From: Parcubacteria group bacterium | Lineage (GTDB): Bacteria > Patescibacteriota > Minisyncoccia > Phycocordibacterales > Phycocordibacteraceae | Direction: 5' to 3' | Assembly: GCA_028286605.1 (NCBI GenBank) | Contig: JAQBRE010000003.1 | Location: 17,275-81,274, forward strand | DNA: 64,000 bases | In this document: piece after piece, positions 57,790 to 64,000 of the stretch | How the letters are laid out: every line of letters begins with the position of its first letter | Position numbering within the stretch: position 1 is the first letter of the stretch | Made by a program: the position numbers and the translations under genes | Notes under the pieces: generated by a model | The model's database searches: none | What the model was told of the DNA's origin: nothing | The model's input: only the letters and a program-made list of their open reading frames with translations

Positions 57790-58353
57790 TTATTCGACGA
57801 GAAGCGCAGCTTGGTCGGTCAACTCATCAATTGATTTGTAAATTGGAAAATCATGTTCGAGCGCTGCGCTGAAGTTGTACCTGATCTGGCTCAGGCCAGG
57901 GAACCCAGCTTCAGCAGCGATAAGAACCTTCAACGTCTTGTCGTACATCATCTGGCCGCGCCACTCGCCGAGTTCCTGATAGGAATCCCGAGCGTATGGT
58001 TGACCATCGGTGCGAGGACGCGTTCGGCTTTCGCAGGGAAGGTTGAAGAGGATCGCTCCGCCGCGTCGTCCTTCTGCTTTTGCTTTTGCGGCCCGCCTTA
58101 GATAGTAGCGCTCGTATGAGAGCTGGCGTTCAAAGTATTCCTCGTCCCCTTCAAGGCGATACCTGTAAAGCGGATGTCCTAAGCTATATCTGCACGGAGT
58201 GATGATGATGCAATCAGGCACTTTCTTGGCGAGTATCACGCTGAGCTCGCTCTGATGGTCATCACCACCGCGAATGGGTCCGGCGATGAAGAACAGAGGA
58301 TTTCTCGGGAATTCGTTCAGATCTACGAACGTATTGGGAAGGATCAATTTCAT
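57790..58353 (-). CDS. nucleoside 2-deoxyribosyltransferase-like protein
   Basis: FFIAGPI, Q..YE..YL, ILF, ELG motifs; directly downstream of tRNA. Confidence 0.7.
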   Translation of the reverse strand: MKLILPNTFVDLNEFPRNPLFFIAGPIRGGDDHQSELSVILAKKVPDCIIITPCRYSLGHPLYRYRLEGDEEYFERQLSYERYYLRRAAKAKAEGRRGGAILFNLPCESRTRPRTDGQPYARDSYQELGEWRGQMMYDKTLKVLIAAEAGFPGLSQIRYNFSAALEHDFPIYKSIDELTDQAALLVE

Positions 58354-58443
58354 TTCCGTCTCCTGCGTTTGATTCTGCCTAGACCCTACCGCATGTGGTA
58401 TGAACGTGCAAAGAAGGAGACAGGGTTTTGCTATAGTGTGGCA

Positions 58444-58854
58444 ATGGTACTTTCGGACAATAAGCTCTGGCTTTCACAGAAGACATTCGTGTTCAATACA
58501 GAAGGAAAGTTCCTGACGTTGTTCAGGACCGAGACCGCGCCTACGCGGCCCTGTTGCTGGGACCTGCCCGGCGGCGTCTTCGAGCTCGGCGAAGACCCTG
58601 AATCAAGCGCACGACGTGAGATACGAGAGGAAGCCGGTATTGAGGTTACCGACATGGCTCCGCTCGCGCTTGAAGGTTCGTATACTCCTGCGCAAGACTT
58701 CGTCGTTACCGTTGCGTACCGAGCAAATGCCGTGAGCACAGACATTACGCTTAGTTATGAACACAACGAATACAAATGGGTTACGCCGGCAGAATTCCTT
58801 GAACTGAAGTCATCGGATAAATGGATGCAGATCGTGCGCGCGAATCTTCTTTAA
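58444..58854 (+). CDS. NUDIX hydrolase
   Basis: WDLPGGVFELGEDPESSARREIREEAG; LSYEH..YKW. Confidence 0.92.
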   Translation: MVLSDNKLWLSQKTFVFNTEGKFLTLFRTETAPTRPCCWDLPGGVFELGEDPESSARREIREEAGIEVTDMAPLALEGSYTPAQDFVVTVAYRANAVSTDITLSYEHNEYKWVTPAEFLELKSSDKWMQIVRANLL

Positions 58855-58904
58855 TAGTACAAAACGAAGGCCGCCCAGTTTCTGGGCGGCCCGTTTGCTT
58901 GTGC

Positions 58905-59147
58905 TCATGCGAGCTGCGCGATTTGCATATCAACATCTGCAGTGACTCGCACGATCTTCCTGCCCGCTTGGTCAGTGATGAACTCATACCCCAGGCCGGT
59001 GCAGGCCGGCGGCATGTTTCCACCCGTCTTCACCATGGATGCAATCATGCATTGCGCACCAATGCTGAATGCATCAATCGGCGGTACCACGATCACGGTG
59101 GTTTCCGGTGTGACGATCGAAAGTCTAGCGGTGATGCTCTTTTTCAT
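58905..59147 (-). CDS. hypothetical protein (ORFan)
   Basis: AAGGGA RBS; terminator 58865-58897. Confidence 0.55.
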   Translation of the reverse strand: MKKSITARLSIVTPETTVIVVPPIDAFSIGAQCMIASMVKTGGNMPPACTGLGYEFITDQAGRKIVRVTADVDMQIAQLA

Positions 59148-59183
59148 AGCCCGTCCCTTTGTTCAGTCCAAGCGCAGGATACC

Positions 59184-60002
59184 CTAAAGCTTGAAAAGAG
59201 AGAACCAAAGGGAGAGTGGGCCGAATTTCTTATAGGTGCCGATGCGCGTGCGTCGTATAGAGAAGGCAAGCGCGTTCGTTCCAAGCGCGGTACCGATGCG
59301 CTGTGCCAGCGTGCGCATATACGCGCCTGAACCGCAGATAATCCGAAGCGTAAGAACTGTGTACGAGCGATCAGGCTGCAGGAATGTCGGGGACCACGAA
59401 TTGCGCACCTCATGAATACGGAAGTCAGCACCAAGTGCTTTCCATACTTCATCAGACTTCGGTGCAACGGCGAGCATTTCTTTAACGCGCTGCTGTAACT
59501 CGCTTAGTGGGAGGGAATCTATTGAACGAAGCTGGATGCGATAGAACGTTTCTTCGTGTTCAGGAATGATGATGGTATCGAGTGTCCCTTGTAACGCATG
59601 CAGGAAGAGGGGGGTGCCGTTCACGGTCTTAGAGGAGAACGCAGGATAGGCGCGAAGATGTATTCCAAGTTCTTGCGCGAGTATTTCGCGAACCTTGTCT
59701 GTGTTCGGCACGGTATGCGAATCGTTCTCAGTTGCCATTCCTAATACGTCCCCTGTATCACTTCCGATATCGAGCAAAACTTCCACTTCGTATTCCTTAT
59801 CGAACTTCGTGTACTTCTCTTTCTGTTTACATTCATCGCCAAGAAGAACGAGAAGGAGGCCGGTTGCCATAGGGTCCAGGCGGCCAGCGTAGCTGGCCGG
59901 CACGTCTGCATACTCCGGATGCGCAGCCTTCCATTCTTGAATAGCTTCGAGCGGCGTCTGGCCGAGCTTCTTATCTAAAACGACATACGGAGGAATCTTC
60001 AT
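59184..60002 (-). CDS. truB: tRNA pseudouridine synthase B-like
   Basis: LDK..G.T, YAGRLDPMATGLL, PAFSS, CGSGAYMRTL. Confidence 0.85.
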   Translation of the reverse strand: MKIPPYVVLDKKLGQTPLEAIQEWKAAHPEYADVPASYAGRLDPMATGLLLVLLGDECKQKEKYTKFDKEYEVEVLLDIGSDTGDVLGMATENDSHTVPNTDKVREILAQELGIHLRAYPAFSSKTVNGTPLFLHALQGTLDTIIIPEHEETFYRIQLRSIDSLPLSELQQRVKEMLAVAPKSDEVWKALGADFRIHEVRNSWSPTFLQPDRSYTVLTLRIICGSGAYMRTLAQRIGTALGTNALAFSIRRTRIGTYKKFGPLSLWFSLFKL

Positions 60003-60065
60003 TCGTACACTGTAGTACGCAAAAAGCCGCCGTCCAAGTAGTGAGGACGACGGCCTTTGATGGTG

Positions 60066-60434
60066 TTATTGAATTGTCGTAATGATCTTAAGATGCTCTT
60101 CGATCTGACGAGCGAGCAGACGCTTCGCATTGCGCAGGCTCTGCACGCTGTGAATATGCACCTTCTGCTCAAGCAGGCAGGTAAGCACGACCGCCTGTTG
60201 CTGATGATCCATAAACGTTAGCCCTGGCACCGCATCCTGCAGCTTCGTGCAGCGGATGCTCAAGTCATCATCATCGTCCGAAGTGAGTTTCAAGCTGAAC
60301 CACCCTTGGAGCGTGACATCTGCGCCACCGCAGAAATGCGGCGGAACTTTCTTCGCGGTGACGATCGCCTGGAAGAGCGAACGTTCGGTAGCGGGCATTT
60401 CTGTTTCGACTTGCATATCAAGGTCCTGTTTCAA
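60066..60434 (-). CDS. hypothetical protein (ORFan)
   Basis: Open frame with downstream terminator; start uncertain. Confidence 0.55.
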   Translation of the reverse strand: MKQDLDMQVETEMPATERSLFQAIVTAKKVPPHFCGGADVTLQGWFSLKLTSDDDDDLSIRCTKLQDAVPGLTFMDHQQQAVVLTCLLEQKVHIHSVQSLRNAKRLLARQIEEHLKIITTIQ

Positions 60435-60579
60435 AATGAACGGGACCCCACCAACACTTTTTTATAGAACTTTTTTGTAACCCATCTGAGCATACTACTT
60501 TTATCTGAAGAGGCAATAGATAAAAGGAAAAGACGGGCCGTGGTGTGCGGCCCGTCCTTCAAAGTGGACGATCGTCAAA

Positions 60580-60975
60580 TCAAACGAAGTGAAAATGTTG
60601 TTGTACGGGAGTTCGGTATTCGAACACAATCGCTTCAGAAAGTTCTGTCGCCTGAGTGACGGCTTCTTTCAGCTCAGTTACTGCCGTCCGTGCGACTGCT
60701 TCGCGATTACTGAAGATTTTTGAAACGGCTGATCGATATGCTTTGTATCTTCCCGAACCAACAATGACGCTGTTTGGGAGATTTCCTCTCAGCGCTCGTT
60801 TCAGTGCTTCAGGAAAATCCATGCCTTCGTGCAGCTTTCTACCGGTCGAATTTGCGATGGAAAACACCCGCGACATATCCAGCTCCATAATGAGCTGGTG
60901 TCGTTCGCGAGCGTAAGCGATTCCTGTCTCGACTTCGATGATTTTGACGTCAATGAATGGTCTCGTGCTTGCCAC
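60580..60975 (-). CDS. hypothetical protein (ORFan)
   Basis: GGAG RBS, GTG start, terminator. Confidence 0.6.
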   Translation of the reverse strand: MASTRPFIDVKIIEVETGIAYARERHQLIMELDMSRVFSIANSTGRKLHEGMDFPEALKRALRGNLPNSVIVGSGRYKAYRSAVSKIFSNREAVARTAVTELKEAVTQATELSEAIVFEYRTPVQQHFHFV

Positions 60976-61055
60976 GTGAACTCTCCATTACTACAAATAC
61001 CCTATATATAATAGGTATTAAACACAAATATGTCAATAGTTTCTGTGGATAAACG

Positions 61056-61511
61056 TTAGGAGAGGAGGGAATCAACAACGGCTTTCACATCACCACCGTC
61101 TGCTTTGCCTTTGAGGTCGTTCATGAGCGAGCCCATGAACTTGCCGGCGTCTGCTTTGGTGGTTACGCCCATCTCTGCCATCTTCGCTTTTGCAATCGGT
61201 TCGATCTCCTCGCGGCTCATAAGAGTAGGAAGGAAGGACTCGATAACCGCGAGCTCTTCGATTTCCGGTTCAGTGAGTTCCATGCGGTTCGCTTTCGTGA
61301 ACTGCTCGATTGAATCCTTGCGCTGGTTCGCGGCGCGCTTCAGTACCACGAGTGCCTCTTCATCCGCGAGGAACTCGCTCGGCATGCGCTTCTTGGCGAC
61401 GACCTCGTTGGTCATAAGAGTGACGACAGAGCGAAGGGTGCGAAGACGGACTTCATCCTTGGCGCGAAGCGCGTCGGGAATGCCTTTCTTGAGGGTTTCG
61501 TGGAGGGTCAT
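61056..61511 (-). CDS. GatB/YqeY domain protein
   Basis: ALRAKD..RL.TLR, QRKDSIEQF, FLP..MS, GKADG. Confidence 0.92.
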   Translation of the reverse strand: MTLHETLKKGIPDALRAKDEVRLRTLRSVVTLMTNEVVAKKRMPSEFLADEEALVVLKRAANQRKDSIEQFTKANRMELTEPEIEELAVIESFLPTLMSREEIEPIAKAKMAEMGVTTKADAGKFMGSLMNDLKGKADGGDVKAVVDSLLS

Positions 61512-61576
61512 GCCAAGAGTTTAGCATATGCAGATGTTCGATAGCGTGCAGCGCAGAGGCCTCGTATAATGCATAT

Positions 61577-62653
61577 ATGGACATCTTTTCTATCGGACTC
61601 ATCGTGCTGGCGCTCGTTCTGGTGCAGGGAATCGGCCTGTGGCTGATGGCGCGGCAGAATGAGAAGAACCGAGCGACTGCTTTGCCCGCCAAAGAAGACG
61701 GCGCCGCGATGATGCTTCTGCAGGGCCAGCTTGAAAAGCTGGAGCGAACGCTCGATTCCCGCATGAATGAATCCTCTAAGCAGGTGTACGAGAACATGCG
61801 CGTGCAGGCAGGGGAGTCTAACCGCCTTATCAAGGAGATTACGACCGAGCTCACCTCCGTAAAGGAAATCGGCCGCCAGACGCAGACATACGCAGAGCAA
61901 CTCCAGTCGCTTCAGGATCTCCTTAAGAACCCGAAGCAGCGCGGTATCCTCGGCGAGTATTATCTTGAGACGGTGCTTAAGAATGTGATGAGTCCGCAGG
62001 ACTATCGCATTCAGTATCCATTCAAGAACGGCGAGATTGTCGATGCCGTCATCGTCATCAACAAGAAGCTCGTGCCGGTGGACTCTAAGTTCTCGCTCGA
62101 TAACTACAATCGCTTCGTCAGTGCGCCGGTGGGAAGCGTCGAACGCACGAATGCAGAAAAGTCCTTCGTGAATGACCTCAAGATGCGCATCACCGAAACA
62201 GCCAAGTACATTCGCCCTGACGAAGACACGATGGACTTCGCCTTCATGTTCATTCCTTCGGAAGGAATCTATTACGACCTTCTTACCAATCAGGTGGGTG
62301 CAGACGAAGAAGAGAATCTCATACAGCGTGCCGCTTCCAAATACAAAGTCATTATCGTCTCGCCGACCTCATTCCTCGCCTATCTTCAGACGGTTATGCA
62401 GGGGCTCAAGGCGCTTGAAATAGAGCAGAAGGCAGTCGAGATTCAGAAGCGCGTAGGAGAACTTGGCAAACACATCGGTAGCTACGAAGAATACTACAAG
62501 AAACTCGGCACTGCGCTCGGCACTGCGGTCTCGCATTACAACAGCGGATACAAGGAACTCGGCAAGATCGAGAAGGATGTCTTCCGCATCGATAATGAGA
62601 AGATCGGCCTTGAACAGCTGCAGCTCGAGAAGCCCGGAAGCGACGACGAATAA
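61577..62653 (+). CDS. rmuC: DNA recombination protein RmuC
   Basis: NPKQRGILGE, VDSKF, KYI.P..T.DFAFMFIPSE, SPTS. Confidence 0.94.
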   Translation: MDIFSIGLIVLALVLVQGIGLWLMARQNEKNRATALPAKEDGAAMMLLQGQLEKLERTLDSRMNESSKQVYENMRVQAGESNRLIKEITTELTSVKEIGRQTQTYAEQLQSLQDLLKNPKQRGILGEYYLETVLKNVMSPQDYRIQYPFKNGEIVDAVIVINKKLVPVDSKFSLDNYNRFVSAPVGSVERTNAEKSFVNDLKMRITETAKYIRPDEDTMDFAFMFIPSEGIYYDLLTNQVGADEEENLIQRAASKYKVIIVSPTSFLAYLQTVMQGLKALEIEQKAVEIQKRVGELGKHIGSYEEYYKKLGTALGTAVSHYNSGYKELGKIEKDVFRIDNEKIGLEQLQLEKPGSDDE

Positions 62654-62713
62654 CCCTCTTGTGCGCTTCTATAGAAGCGCTATGATGCGTCGGGACATGT
62701 ACGGGGAGTACGT

Positions 62714-62908
62714 TTGATGATTGGAAGGGTGCGCGGTTGGAGTATTACGATACTGGTGGTCGCATTGCTGAGTACTTTGTGGTGGCACTACGTCACCACT
62801 CATCACCTCAGTGAGGCATTACCAGCAGGGTATGAATGGCGAGAGGCGCCCAAGCCTCCGCTGCCATGTTTCGATGATGAAGGGTACTATCTCTGCCAGA
62901 AGACCTGA
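62714..62908 (+). CDS. small membrane protein (ORFan)
   Basis: GGGGAG RBS, one TM, terminator. Confidence 0.55.
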   Translation: MMIGRVRGWSITILVVALLSTLWWHYVTTHHLSEALPAGYEWREAPKPPLPCFDDEGYYLCQKT

Positions 62909-62993
62909 ATGGTTTCGGCGCTACGCTCTCTTGGCCGCCCGAAGAACTCGGGCGGCTTGCTTTTTATATGAAATAGCCTAGAATAGCCTTTAT

Positions 62994-63320
62994 ATGCAGT
63001 ATGCCGTTATAAAGACAGGGGGAAAGCAGTATGTCGTTTCTCCAGGCGTCGTCGTTACTATCGAGAAGCTCGGTCGTGGCGCTCAGGACACCAAGAAAGG
63101 CGATAGCATCGTTTTCGATGAGGTTCTCCTCACGAACGATGGCTCGACCACCAACATGGGCGCTCCGTTCCTGACAGGTACGACCGTAAAAGGAACCGTC
63201 GCTGTCGTCGGCCGCAACAAGAAGGTGGAAGTCGTTAAGTACAAGGCTAAGAGCCGTTACCTCAAGCGCCGTGGCCATCGCCAGCCGCACGTGAAGGTTA
63301 AGATCGATTCGATCGGATAA
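62994..63320 (+). CDS. rplU: 50S ribosomal protein L21
   Basis: YAVIKTGGKQY...GHRQP. Confidence 0.97.
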   Translation: MQYAVIKTGGKQYVVSPGVVVTIEKLGRGAQDTKKGDSIVFDEVLLTNDGSTTNMGAPFLTGTTVKGTVAVVGRNKKVEVVKYKAKSRYLKRRGHRQPHVKVKIDSIG

Positions 63321-63412
63321 AGAAAAAACCGCCTCTGGCGGTTTTTTCTTGTGCTTTACGCATTTCCTGATACATATACCTATAGATTCGAATTAACCGA
63401 GGAGATACGAAG

Positions 63413-63685
63413 ATGGCTTTTGCAAACCTCATTGTGACGCTGGAAGGTGTTGGCTCTGTTCTTGGTCCCCGTGCATATCTAATGGCCTCCTACAAAGGTC
63501 CATGCGTCATCGGCCACACAGTGGACGTTGAAGGAATTCAAATCACACTCGAAAAAGTCATGCACAAACTTACGCCAGGAGGTGATGTTAGCCAGAGTAT
63601 TGTATGGGGAGTAGTTGCTAACAAGGATATGGTTAAGCTCTGTGCATGCGAAGGGTGGACCAAGATAGATGCTGCTAAAAAATGA
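63413..63685 (+). CDS. hypothetical protein (ORFan)
   Basis: GAGGAG RBS, terminator-like hairpin. Confidence 0.62.
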   Translation: MAFANLIVTLEGVGSVLGPRAYLMASYKGPCVIGHTVDVEGIQITLEKVMHKLTPGGDVSQSIVWGVVANKDMVKLCACEGWTKIDAAKK

Positions 63686-63745
63686 TGTTGGAAGGCCGGC
63701 GCAGAGCGCCGGCCGCCTTTATATCCAAATCCAGTTTCGTATCCA

Positions 63746-64000
63746 CTACGTTTCTTTGCGGTTCTGAAGCGCGCTTGAAAGGGTGGGGGAGTCTGCGTAC
63801 TCAAGTTCGGAACCGGTGGAAAGGCCACGGCCAAGTAGGGTGAGCTTCACGTGCGAGCGCAGCGGTGAGAGGCGCTCACGAAGATGGTCTGCGGTATGCT
63901 CGCCTTCGCTCGTGGCCGAAAGCGCGAGGATGATTTCAGCGAGCCCATTCGCGCTTCTTCGTTCGACCCGTTCAATCAATTCATGCTCACGAATAGCGCC
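63746..64000 (-). CDS. hypothetical protein, 3' part (runs off window)
   Basis: Frame open to window end. Confidence 0.5.
   Translation of the reverse strand, partial: GAIREHELIERVERRSANGLAEIILALSATSEGEHTADHLRERLSPLRSHVKLTLLGRGLSTGSELEYADSPTLSSALQNRKET

Noticed and set aside
63684-63693. GATGTTGGAA, a 10-nt reverse match to the cassette repeat (also a loose match near 22650)
   Set aside because: Too short or degenerate to tell from chance.

Overview
This 64-kb window looks like a Patescibacteria (CPR, Parcubacteria-like) chromosome using the standard genetic code. The taxonomy is inferred from gene style and content. Housekeeping blocks: hisS, prmC, frr, rseP, proS, mreB-mreC-PBP2, greA, lysS, mraZ-rsmH-ftsL-like-ftsI-murF, truB, rmuC, rplU and tRNA-Glu(CTC). 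Also present: an ECF sigma/MacAB-like export operon, a GH130/PMM/PMI mannoside cluster, a two-component system and a compact type IV (pseudo)pilus cluster. Many single small ORFan transcription units sit between these blocks. The most unusual signals are non-coding. (1) Two paralogous modules (13959-14176 minus; 49267-49482 plus) each hold a tRNA-like RNA lacking a canonical anticodon arm, followed by a separately promoted small RNA complementary to its own partner and ending in an identical terminator. (2) A ~29-bp same-orientation repeat (AGGTTCCAACATCGTCCCAGACTGCCAGC) brackets single-gene cassettes at 20.9-22.2 kb and 32.7-33.3 kb, and its reverse complement resembles the 5' end of those tRNA-like RNAs. 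(3) An orphan PemK/MazF toxin is followed by two tandem structured repeats, a candidate RNA antitoxin. (4) Two more self-contained structured small-RNA units lie at ~29.95 kb and ~42.5 kb. All calls come from reading the sequence; no database searches or folding computations were run.
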